The notes under the pieces were generated by a model. The model ran no database searches. It was given only the letters and a program-made list of their open reading frames with translations, and was not told the origin of the DNA. The position numbers and the translations under genes were made by a program. A stretch of 19,615 bases of DNA, counting the filler, from Diploschistes diacapsis (Eukaryota), in the NCBI GenBank assembly GCA_023645945.1. It is 2 parts of 2 records of this genome, joined end to end, with 100 filler letters (N's around TTAATTAATTAA, not from the genome) between each part and the next. Parts side by side here need not be neighbours in the genome. Positions count along the whole stretch, not along the records: positions 1 to 9,770 come from JALAIB010000998.1; positions 9,871 to 19,615 come from JALAIB010000999.1. One strand, 5' to 3'. Positions 1 to 10,783 of this stretch are shown in pieces; positions within the stretch are counted from its first letter, which is position 1; each line of letters opens with the position of its first letter.

Positions 1-142
1 GTGTCAGTTGGGGCTCAGCTGCTGTAGATATGACGGGAGGAAGCCAGGTGGACTCAAGAGGGATTACTGATAGGAGACGAAGAAAGACCAATGGTGCCAA
101 GTATGGATACAAGGAGATGGGGTATAGGAAGTGGAGGCGGAC

Positions 143-788
143 CTCGGTGAGGTCGTCGTTGTGGCTTTCAGCATACTGAAGCTGGGGTGCCGCTGGTGAG
201 CGGAGGTCCCTATTGTTCAGGGTTAGCTTCTATATGTAGTCTGCGGCGGAAGAAGTGACACAGAAGCATTGTGTGACATGCCATAGGGATATTGTGCCTT
301 CGAGTCTTCTATCGGGGTCATTCTCCGTGCCAGTGGCTACGGCTGGTAGACTGGCACTGGCTGCCAGGGCGAGAATAGCGGCTGACTTTGCTAGAAGAAA
401 CGATCAGCAATTGCCCTCCTCATCGCATGAATCCCGCATAGTCAAGGGGGGTTTTACCTTCCCTCATCTCAACCACAGCCTCGCCGCCCGCCCATGCACC
501 AGCTCTCCGGTCCCACACCCTCACCGCACCATCTCTGCCTGCAGTCAAAACCAAAGCCCGCTGGTCCCATACCTGCATCCTCAATTGGGTGACGCCCTCA
601 TGGCCCGTCGGAAGCACCCACGTGGGCTTCGAACCCAGCGCACTCGCTCGAAAACCCCGCACCGAATCGTCGGAGCAGAGGGCCGCGAGCTGATCGCCGT
701 CGTGCAGGGCCTGGACCTGATAGACGTATGCAGGAGGGTTCGTGGGGAGGCCAAGCGAGCTGTTGGCGACTTGGGAAGCGCGTTTCAT
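143..788 (-). CDS. WD40-repeat protein, WDR89/YNL035C-like (5' part; the gene continues beyond the left edge)
   Basis: Spliced by hand on the minus strand: exon 1 788-458 (MKRASQV...SDDSVRGF...GHEGVT...TAGRDGAVRVWDRR...), intron 457-391 (GTAAAA...GCTGAT...TAG), exon 2 390-282 (KSAAILALAASASLPAVATGTENDPDRRLEGTISL), GC-AG intron 281-210 (branch GCTAAC), exon 3 209-143 (W-DLRSPAAPQLQYAESHNDDLTE). An intron then starts at 142, with a CTGAC branch site at the window edge. WDxR...Y.ESHxDD.T is the motif I recognise from WDR89-family proteins. Confidence 0.85.
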
Positions 789-3700
789 TTCCTAATATAT
801 GTAAAGGGAAGGAAGGCTAGTGCAGCTGCAGCTGTGGGTGCATCATTGCTGGAATGGTGTGGTTTAATGCAGGAGTATGCAGTGGAAGAATGGCGGGGAG
901 GGCCACGCATGGCTCATGCACGTTACTCTGCTGCTGAAAGTGTGCCTGCCTACATGGAGAGGGGTGGAGTCTACGCACTCTTCGACAATTTCGAGAGACG
1001 GTCCGGGCTACTGCAATAATGTTTGCGACGAAAGCTAGCAGATCCTCTCTAACTTTAGTAAAGTACTCGAGACAGGCTTGACAGAGAAAGCCCAGATTTC
1101 AGAACAACATTTTGAATCAAAACAACTCAGTCGATTGGCATGGCTCGTTGCCCAGCTTTCCGATGGACTTGTATGAATGCAGTTACTACTAGAGCGTGTT
1201 ATGCGTGGCAGAGGACAGCGAAGTTATAAGTATAGAGTACACACCCCTGGAGAAAACCCACATTGTGCAGTACCTTCAAGTCTGGACTGTTGGGCTTTTC
1301 GGTTACTAGTAGAACGCTCGAGGCGGTGCATGGGTACAAAGACAAACCTTGGGAAGCCGCGCGAATTGAAGGGACGCGCAGTAATGCGGCATGGATGAAG
1401 AAGAAAGCATTGCGCAGGGTTACTGATTGAACTTGACCAACTAACACGATGCGTGAGAAGAAAAGTAGGGGTTATGACTGATGCGACCGCCAAAAAAATG
1501 CTTCGAGCGCGAAGGCGCATCGATTATCCAAGGCTTTGATGGCGTCTGATAAATACCCAGATACTAGGTTGAGCTCAGATTATTGTCAAAATTATATCAG
1601 GCCTTGGAACGTAAAAAGTGAATGTGGAAAGTAACTTATCACTAGGTTTGGTTATTTCAAAAGACTGCCCGTGAAGGTAGGCCCTTGCCGACTTGAGAAA
1701 GGGGCTGCGAGAAAAAGCCATATCAATTCGGCTTCGCCTTTGCTCACGCGGAGAAGGCTAAGATATCTATTATCAAATTGAGCAGGAAGATGACAACGGC
1801 CATGCCTAGCGTTGCGCTGGCTGTTCGTTGTGACCTGCTTCCATGTATCGTGAGCAAGGGCCGCGGGCAGCCAGAAATGATGCGCAGAAACCGAGTGCGC
1901 ACAACAAACGCCTGAAGCTTGCGAAGCTCGTCCGCCTGCACTCACGGCAGAAAGCATAGGGATCCCGGCAGAGTGGTAAGGCAGCGGGAGCAAATCTCCA
2001 CATTGGCTTACTGGCTTTTGCCCAGCGTTTCGGCCTTCTCGAAGCGCTTCTTCCTTCCCCACGGGCTTCGTATCCTTCGATCATGGTACTCGGTACCTCT
2101 TAGGCAAACAAGGTGCGCCTTGGCTGGAACCCTTTCCCGTTGTTGGGAATTGGAATGGGAGGATGGAAAAGCGCGGAGCTTCGTCAACACGGAGGCGACG
2201 GGCCGCGTTGATGTTCAAGCCCCCGTAGCTCGTGCGGTAACCAATTGCCCGATTCGAGCAAAGTCCGCACCTAGGTAGTACCGGATGCACCCAGAGAATC
2301 ACAAAACCGAACTTCAATTGGCATTGCGGGGCTCGCCGAAGGAGGAAGAAGGCCCTGCCTACCAGTAGTGGTCTGGTAAGGGAGCACAGAACACCAAGGA
2401 ATGGTTCATGGCGGTTATCCGGCCAGATATAAGTTCAAGGAACGGAAAGGGGCCGTCTCAGTCGTCTCCGGTCAATGTTTAGATAGAGCGAGGTGCAAAA
2501 TGCTGATGGATGTTATAAATGGGATCAGGTCAAGTTGGATTCGATCGCGGTTCCTATGGCCATTGGTGTTGGATTGTATGTGCGACAAGCTTTTGCGCGC
2601 TGATAACTTTGGTTTAGATTCTGGCGATAGGCTTCGAGATAATCAGATAAATGATTACCGAAAAGCTCTGGAGCTACCGTGAAGCTACTGCGCCGAATCT
2701 CGGCAGATATGTATCTACTGGCCAGCCGCTGCAAGCGTACTGGTACGGGATTGATTTTGGCCGAGCATGCCGAACAAAGCAGGGACACCGTACCAAAAGC
2801 TGCAGCTCTTTGGGCCCGGCCATTTTGACGCAAGCAAGTGCTTGACTGCGGAACTCTGCAGATGTCCTCGTCCGCCAAGTCATTTTCTTTCACGATCGGC
2901 CCCCCTGTCACGAACTTCAGATGGCTCGCTTCTCCGTTGGATGAGCGATCCAGAGTGCTGTCTGTGCATTAGTAGGTTCGGACAGCGCGCACGAAGTAGG
3001 AAGATACACGAGAATCTTCCAGGTCGACCAAGGATCAGCCGATGGGGTTGAAGTCGCGACTTTGGTAGTTCCAACGACGAGGCTGGTCCCAACAGTCACC
3101 TTGAAAGGGGGCAAATGTGAGCGAAATGGTTGGTGGCTCGTAGCGAACATTCAGACCGTATTTTCGGATGCCGGGAGATTGAGTGTATGAGTTGTGGATT
3201 TTGGTCGAATCAGTACGGAGCGAAGGAGGTAATTGAAAGTGCGGAAGACGACCGCCTCAGCGGACTTGGAGGCTAGTATGTGTACCTCCTTTTTCTGAAA
3301 GGGTGAGAGAGTTGGTCAACAAATTTCCAGGGGCTATAGTAATCCACTAGAGAACAACAAAATGTCATAGTTTTTTGAATATATAAGTGCACGTTGGTCC
3401 TGCAAATCAGGACCGCGACATGCATGCCGTGGTCGAAAACCCAACTGATCATAGAGCGGCTCTATCAAGGCCACTGCATGGGACTCTGGTTGCCCTATCA
3501 GTTTGATTTGCCGTGCGAGCCCGTGTTACCCAAAACCTCCACTTCTCAACCACAGGGTAGCGTATGGATCTTGGTAAGAGGATTCTGGGTCAGCTGACGC
3601 TTGACAAACCCAATGGCATATCTATTTCCCGTGTCCACTCGTGTTGGGAAAGAGGACGGTCGATCCAAAGTCTATGCCGACTGAATAAGCTTCTAGTAAT

Positions 3701-4189
3701 ATTAGAAGGTAGTTGTAAAACACGAGAATATCAATCTGCATGACAGTTTGCCGGCCCCCTGTAGAGATGCCTGCTGTAACTCCAAGCATCCCGTCCCAGC
3801 GTTGCAACTTTCAACGGGCCTACTGGCTTCATTTTGTACATTAGGAGGGTACGAACGGGGAAGTAGCAAAGGAAGCATCCGTTAGCTCAAACGTCATCCT
3901 GACATCCTAAGCCCTTCCTGGAGTAGCTGGACGGTATGTTGTGTGTGTGTGCCAGCCAGCCTGGCAGGAGCGTAGCGGGAAGGAGGATGCGTGACTCGGA
4001 GAGGGTGCCGCAGGGTGAGGTCGAGATTCGAGCAGAAGGAAGCAGACACGAGTTCCGCATACATGACAACAATGACAACCTCACCCTGCTTTCTTCTGGG
4101 CTTAATGTGTCCATGGGTCAACGAACAGAGAATCGGGCCCATAGATAAGTAATGCTGCAAAATGGGCGGGATGAGGAAGTCAGAAAACC

Positions 4190-4191
<2 letters not shown>

Positions 4192-4221
<30 letters not shown>
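4192..4221. repeat. (TG)15 microsatellite
   Basis: Perfect TG dinucleotide run, seen directly. Confidence 0.95.
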
Positions 4222-4222
<1 letters not shown>

Positions 4223-4677
4223 CCGAATTTCCCATACCATAAGTCCGGGAGGGTTAAGCTAGGCCAGAAGAGGATTGCGGGCTGCTAGGTTACTCGGCAG
4301 CCGTTTTCTCGTCATCATCAACTACATACAGTATCCAACCAATTCTCCGTCCCTAACTGACCAAGAATGTGCGGCCTCAGCTACTAGTACTAGTACTTTC
4401 CCGACAGTGTGGTTACCTCCTCCGCTAGTGCAGCTACTTAGCGAAAGTGCGAATCGGAGCGAAAAGGAAGGGGGGAAGGGAAAAAAAAGGTAGGGAGGTA
4501 AGTGTACGTACGTGGTGGTGCGTACTGATGCAGAATACATGTATCGAAGTAATACGTAATTGTATCACCGTACCGTACAACTACGAAGGTATAGATTACT
4601 CGAGTAGGTAAAGTACTGTACAGTAAAGTACAGCATCCCACTATTATTCACTTTGGTTTCCAAATTATCCAGTTTAG

Positions 4678-4800
4678 ATTACTACCTATTACTACCTATT
4701 ACTATTACCTATTAATATTACCTATTACTACCAATTACTATCTATTATTACCTATTATTACCTATTATTACTACCTATTACTGTCTATTACTACCTACTA
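4678..4800. repeat. Degenerate ~10-bp tandem minisatellite (consensus ATTACTACCT), about 12 units
   Basis: ATTACTACCT ATTACTACCT ATTACTATTACCT ... ATTATTACCT ATTATTACCT ..., seen directly. Confidence 0.9.
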
Positions 4801-5693
4801 TGATATGATAGCCACTTGGCTATTTTTGTATAAGCTCGCATCCTATCGCTTGTGTGCCCTGCTCTATCCTTCTGCCCACCAATCAATTATCCATATGGGC
4901 ATGGTTCCCTTTTTCTCTTTTCCTGTACACTGGTAGAAGAAGTGCCAAAATGCTGCCCAGTAATACAAACCCCCGGTCCTGGAATCTTCCATTTCAGAAA
5001 CAGCCCCGGCTCTCTCTTTTCGGCTCTCTTACTCCACCGCTGCGGTTCCATTTTTGTACTCAACGGGGTTAGGTTACTACTCTTCTTCTACACGTACTAG
5101 GTACTAGGAAACTGTACCTACTCCTAGGTACATAGGAATAGGTACCTAAATAACTACTCTGTATACTTACCTACTGCCTTCTTTCCAAAATGGGTCCCAA
5201 TCTCCATTTTCGCCTTGACGAAATTTCCTCCTACCTACACGCTGGCTGGACGCTGGACGGTGCGCTACCTGCCTTGTCATCACCAATTACTCTTACTCGC
5301 CCACCAGCAGCGTTGGCCTCAGACACACGTCTGCGCCGTCCGCCTTATATGTTTCTAGCCTGCCCTTCCTCGGTTTGCTCTACCCACCTTATCCAATCTG
5401 TTTCTTTTTCTCACTTCCAGCTGCCTTGCCTTGCTTCGTGACAGTCGCTCGTTTTCCCGACCTCACCCTCTGCAATCTTTCGCAAAGCCTCCCGCTGCTG
5501 CCCGCTGCCCCGTGTGCCCAAGACGCTACAGCTGTGGCGTTTCGTGTGCCAGGCGACCAATATCCCTCAAAGCAGCTGACCTGTCGGTGTTCGACATTAC
5601 TTAATATTGCCGATCCGCCAGTCCATCGCATAGGAAAACCCGCTTGCATACAGCTTCTGTAGCGTTAGATTCGCACATCTTCGGTCCCAGACC

Positions 5694-7030
5694 ATGGCGT
5701 TAGCGAATGGGTAATTCACCCGTGGCTTTACCTAGCGGGAACAAGCATTGACTTGCTGCAGTCAAATGCCTCCGAACCACATAGAGAATGGACGTGAATT
5801 CCATGGCTGGCGAAAAGGCATATACATGTTTCCATGCGACGAGGTTAGCACAGCGGCCGTCCCACCAGAAACTCATGCCGTGCCATCTACTGGACTAACC
5901 GGCCTACTCTGCTGCAGTCGGAGAAGGAGAGAATGGACATCTACCACACCATGTTCCTTGTAGCTCGCCACGAGAGGCTGCATGATTCCCCAATCTCCGG
6001 CCCAATAAACAACAACACTCGGATTCTGGACGTGGGAACGGGAACGGGAATCTGGGCGATAGACATGGCAGAGTCAGTAATGCATGTGGGCGCGCCAGAG
6101 ACGAGTCGCTAACGATAGTCATCGCACAGCAAGTACAGGGATGCCGAAGTGGGTCACAGCATGCTCAACGGTGACGGTCGGTGGCTAACCTCGTGGGGGC
6201 AGGTCATTGGCTTGGATATTGTCAACATCCAACCTCCAGAGTAAGCTACTTCGGGGGCGCAAGATGTTGATGCGGCGAACTCGCTAATCCGGCATGCTCC
6301 AGGATCCCGCCCAATCTGCGCTTCCGTCTACCCAGGGACTACGAGGGTATCTGGGGGTATGGCGACGACTCTTTCGATCTGATACACCTGCGTCTTGCAT
6401 GCGGTGGGGTGTCACAGTGGCCCGAGATCTACCAGAAGGTTTACCAGTAAGCTTTTTTTCCGAGAGAGGGGGTTTCCCTCGGGTCTTTGGAGTCGCTGCA
6501 ATTGGTCGCTCATATGCTCAGGCATCTCAAGCCGGGCTTTGGCCATCTGGAACAGGTGGAGATCGACCTGAGGCCCAGGTGCGACCAAGGCGAAGTTCCC
6601 GCCCGTCTGATGCAGTGGTACGAATGGCTGGAAGATGCGACCTCACGCGGCGGAAAACCAATACAGTATCAGCAAAATACCATCGAGCTTCTCAGGCAGC
6701 AGGGATTCGCCGACATCCGGGAGACAAAAATACGGCTTCCGTTCAACACATGGCCACAATCGGCCCACGAGAAGGACATTGGCAGATGGTACAGCCTCTG
6801 CCTGTGCGAGGGCTTGGAGGCCATGAGCTTGGGCCCCTTCACCCGGGTCTATCATTGGCCTGCAGACGACGTGAGACGGCTATGCAAGGAGGTCAGACAG
6901 CTGATCATCAACAAGAGATTTCCGGTATATAATAATCTGTGAGTCTTCTCCTTCTACCCTTCCTGAACAGCCATCTGATCCCCCGGTTTCCCCCAACAGG
7001 CATATAATAACCGCTAGGAGACCTCGCTAG
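5694..7030 (+). CDS. laeA: LaeA/Lae1 SAM-dependent methyltransferase (velvet complex; global regulator of secondary metabolism), 300 aa, 8 exons
   Basis: Exons 5694-5710, 5762-5843, 5918-6072, 6130-6148, 6203-6240, 6303-6446, 6522-6938 and 7000-7030 total 903 nt. All introns are GT-AG and the frame is continuous. The protein has [33 protein letters not shown] motif [83 protein letters not shown] and [13 protein letters not shown]. The start ACCATGG is in strong context. Confidence 0.95.
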
Positions 7031-8856
7031 CGACCTCGGTTACAACTCCCCCGTGCTTCCATCTACCTCACGCCCTATACCCTTTGGATGATTCGACGAG
7101 TCTATATTACGGCCGCACCGCCTGCGATGGCTTGAAGCGCTTTTTTGATGCACTGTGTCGTCTATCGGCCTTACTCGGCCCTGTTGACGGAGTATACTCG
7201 GGGCCACGTCCTCCTCGGATTTTCCAGCCTCCAACTCCAGTTATCTCTTGGCACCGTCGGATGTGGAGTTAGATGCTTTGATGAGTTGCGCTGCCAAAAC
7301 TGTACCAATAATGCACATAGAATGACTTTGCTCGCTATCTTTGCTCGCGTTCCTAGTTCGTAAAGACGCTCAAAAGGCTGGGATATTTTTTTAATAAAAA
7401 AAAGGCACACAGTTTCGATTTCGATCCCAAGTCTCATCATCGCAGCTTCCAGCATCGGTGCAAGATTGCAGACAGGCAAGTCCAGATCTCGGCAAGTGAC
7501 ACACGGACCATCACAGCCCGACAAGCGTATACATCATGACTTGGGATTACACCGAGCTACATGATCTGTCCCAAATACGTGCACCTCTGTTGGATATCGT
7601 CAGCTTCCTGCCCTTGAAAGGAGCAGTGAGCTTCGGAGGACGCGGGGCGAGGATCGAAGACTAGAACACGGGCAGGCGATCGGCTCGACTCCCAGAAGGC
7701 TCCGATTGGTCTGCTGGATTCAAGTTCCTTCGAGCAACTTTGCCGTTTTCGTTAGAACAATTCCAGAAGCTCTCCCCCCTTGTCGTTGCATCCTACCTCG
7801 TCATCGTCACCACTGTCATCATGTATCCGCAGACACAGACCGCCAGACACTCGATCTCGGGCGTCGGCCCTCCCATCGCTCGAGAATCGGGAGGATCTGG
7901 CGGGTCTCACTCCGGGGCAAGTTGGGGCCCATTGGGCCGCTTCTTGCTGCCGCGGTGGCTTGTTTAGTGTCGACGGATGTACTTTGTAATTCCGCTGCGA
8001 TTGCAATGCCGATGCCTCCATTTTGCTCCCTCAACATCGACCGCCCGCAAGCGGACGGAAAAACGGGAATCCTCCGTCAGCCTGCCGATCGGAATCCGTC
8101 AAGGTGGGGTTTCCGAGAGATGCCCAAAGCTGTCACCTCGGGCGGCCGACGGCAGGCCCTAATTGCTCGAGTTGCCAGATGCCGGGTACGATGCGCAAAC
8201 GGCTCGATCACAAGTACTGGTCTGAAATTGCAAAAAGTTGGGAAGAATGGGCGATGACATGCAAGTTTAATTACAGCATCTGACAGGCCCGCCAAAGCCC
8301 ATTACGGCCCGTGCTGGCGTTAGCGGGGCCCTTTCCGTTACCAAGGAAATCGTGAGCACAAACAGCACAAACGATGCAGACGAACAATACCGGACAAATT
8401 TCCAGTTGGGCTCTACGAGACTACTGCGAGACTACTACGAGATCTGCCCTCCCAGGAAAAGCACAGCGCTTGGACCTTGCATAGGGTAATCCGCCAACAG
8501 TACGGGCTTATGGTAGAACTGCCGCAAGTTTGGGGGGGAGGGGGGGGAGCTGGTGGAGATGGAGTCAGAGACAACAAGTAGAGCAGATTGCCCCCCACCA
8601 CCAGGACGTAGGCCCTTGTTGCCAGCAGACGAGGCAGGAGACGAGGAAGCAAGTCCGAGCTCGGAGGGCCACGGCTTGCTTGCTTTGCGGTGAAGATCCG
8701 GCACATCTTGTCCCGGAAGGCCCGGAGTTCGAGCCGGATATTACATGCGAGGAAACCGAAGATGCAAGGTCAGATGCGATGGGACTCTGCAATGCATGGT
8801 ATAAGTAACAAAGCTTTGCGTTGCAGCCCAACGGACAGGTTCTTGGACACACGTAT

Positions 8857-8958
8857 ACACACACACACACACACTCTCTCTCTCTCTCTCTCTCTCCCTC
8901 CCTGTGTCTCTCTGTCTTTCTCTGTCTCTCTCCCCCCCTCTCTCTCTCTCTCACTCTC
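8857..8958. repeat. Compound (AC)n/(CT)n microsatellite
   Basis: ACACAC... followed by imperfect CTCTCT... tracts. Confidence 0.9.
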
Positions 8959-9403
8959 ATTTCTCCAACCATCCTCCAGCCGTGTTGAAATGTTAGCTCG
9001 CCCCACTTAGTTTTTGTGGGGACAGGGCCAAAAAACAGGGATCAAGGCACTAACTAAATAGAGTTGGGGGTTGGGGGAGGGGTTCCGATCTAACCCTGCA
9101 ACACGGTTGGACTTTTTGTACGTATGGGATGGTATTATATATATATTTTCCCGTGCCGTAATTCGCCATAATTAGTCGTAGCTAGTTAGCCACACGGGAA
9201 TAAAAAAATAAAAATTGAACCACCAGCGGTCAGTAAAAAGTTGAGCGGGAGGCAACCTGGCTGGCAGAAAAATCAAAGCCCTGACTCAAACAAACAAACA
9301 AACCCTCACGTGAAAGAACAGCCCAGCCCCAGGCAGCAAAAAAAACTCCAGACCGCGTCGTCGTCGTCGTGGTCATCATAGTGGCCTGTGGTGCTTCGCC
9401 CCC

Positions 9404-9430
9404 ACGTAGACGTAGACGTAGACGTAGACG
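9404..9430. repeat. (ACGTAG)4 hexamer repeat in a low-complexity contig end
   Basis: ACGTAG x4 plus ACG. Nearby are (CAAA)n, (GTC)n and long homopolymers. Confidence 0.85.
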
Positions 9431-9770
9431 AGAGAAACGGTGGTGTCGATGTTCTTTTTTTTTTTTTCGAAGAACGTTTTTGTACGTAAACGTACGTAAC
9501 GTACCGTACAGTGTCTATAAGATGGGCGGGGGGTTAAGTCGCGGTTTACGATACGGGGCAATTTTGTTAATATCGCTTTTTTTTTTTTCGTCGAGCCGCC
9601 CATCTGACCCGGGGGGGGGGGGAAATTCTGTAAAATCGAGAGAATATAAATAACAATGAATTCAAAAAGCTTCTGGGGAATTTTGTTTCCCCCAAAATTT
9701 TAAAAAAACGGTTTTGTGGAGATATGGAGGCTGGGAAAGTGACTGCGGTTTTTTTTTGGGTGAGATATGG

Positions 9771-9870
9771 NNNNNNNNNNNNNNNNNNNNNNNNNNNNNN
9801 NNNNNNNNNNNNNNTTAATTAATTAANNNNNNNNNNNNNNNNNNNNNNNNNNNNNNNNNNNNNNNNNNNN
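9771..9870. other. Assembly gap / artificial contig-joining spacer (N44-TTAATTAATTAA-N44)
   Basis: Exactly 100 nt with TTAATTAATTAA (9815-9826) centred in Ns. This 12-mer places stop codons in all six frames and is a known linker for concatenating contigs. Confidence 0.95.
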
Positions 9871-10783
9871 ACGTCGTTCTTATTTATATTTATATCGAAC
9901 TATTATTCTTAATATACGTTATAAATTTAAAACTGAACCGTATTTATCTAACGATTAAATTCTTTAATAAAAGACTAGTTTTCGTTATTAACGGCCTTTA
10001 TTTGTTAGGTATTATCATTAACGAATATATCATTCCCGAATTCATCCGCAATAGTCGAGAAAAAGTGTCTTATATCAGGTTCAGCTCGAGGTTCAGGTTC
10101 AGGTTCAGGTTCAGGTTCAAGTGAACATCGAAGCGGAGTAAGATTCATTCGTGTTGGCAACGATACGCGTTACGAGGGCGACGAAGTCGGCTACGAAAAA
10201 ATTTCACTTTTTTATTTTTATCGCAAACGCCTTTTCTGAACTCGAGATTTAATATCATTATAACGCCTAAACTAATTCTAAAAATCAATTATATTTTAAA
10301 AACGATAATATTTTAACGCGTATACTATTAAACGTACTATCGTTGTTATTAAAGACTCGCCGACTTAAAAGTTAATATTAAATTTATTTAAAAACCGTCG
10401 TTTTCGACGTTTTAATTTAAATTTAATCGCTATAACGGGATCGTTAATTATAATAATTATATAACGTTAACGAGTTATTATTTAAACGATATCACATACC
10501 TATATAATAATATAAAAAAAATACGTTATCTCGAGATAATTAATATAAGTTTTCGTAAATCGATCATTAACGAATATTTTAAATTAACTAGAAAATTTAG
10601 ATATCTTATAATAATTATAACGATAAATACCGGAAGATATACTAAAGATATTAAATAAAAAAAACTATTAACGAGAACGAGAAACACAAAAACGAGAAAC
10701 ATAAATATAACGGAAAATTCAGTTCAGTTCAGTTCAATTTAGTCCAGTTTAACTACAATTTAGTTCGGCCAATCAAACCCCTG
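9871..10783. mobile_element. AT-rich, RIP-mutated repeat/transposon relic truncated by the gap; family not identifiable
   Basis: Abruptly AT-rich and TpA-rich, with CpA/TpG scarce and many surviving Cs in CpG. It contains (GGTTCA)5 at 10090-10119 and (AGTTC)n near 10716-10736. A candidate terminus reads CAGGGGTTTGATTGG on the minus strand from 10783. Confidence 0.65.

Noticed and set aside
255..1019. 254-aa plus-strand ORF
   Set aside because: It is antisense to the WDR89-like exons, has a non-ATG start and has no recognisable motif, so it is a shadow ORF.
4678..4800. CRISPR-like array
   Set aside because: These are contiguous 10-bp units without unique spacers, in eukaryotic DNA with no cas genes.
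5190..5441. 83-aa ORF upstream of laeA as a regulatory uORF
   Set aside because: It starts upstream of the pyrimidine tract (about 5400) that probably marks the transcription start. There is no evidence it lies in the mRNA.
6294..6932. 212-aa alternative-frame ORF within laeA
   Set aside because: It overlaps laeA exons 6-7 out of frame and reads through an intron, with no protein-like features.
7706..9010. Several 60-180 aa ORFs downstream of laeA
   Set aside because: They are mutually overlapping, partly microsatellite-derived, and give no recognisable domain or convincing splice model.
9085..9100. CTAACCC as a telomere repeat or telomerase RNA template
   Set aside because: It is a single partial unit with no tandem array or recognisable pseudoknot context.
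9815..9826. TTAATTAATTAA palindrome as a biological site
   Set aside because: It is centred in an N run and is an artificial six-frame stop linker.
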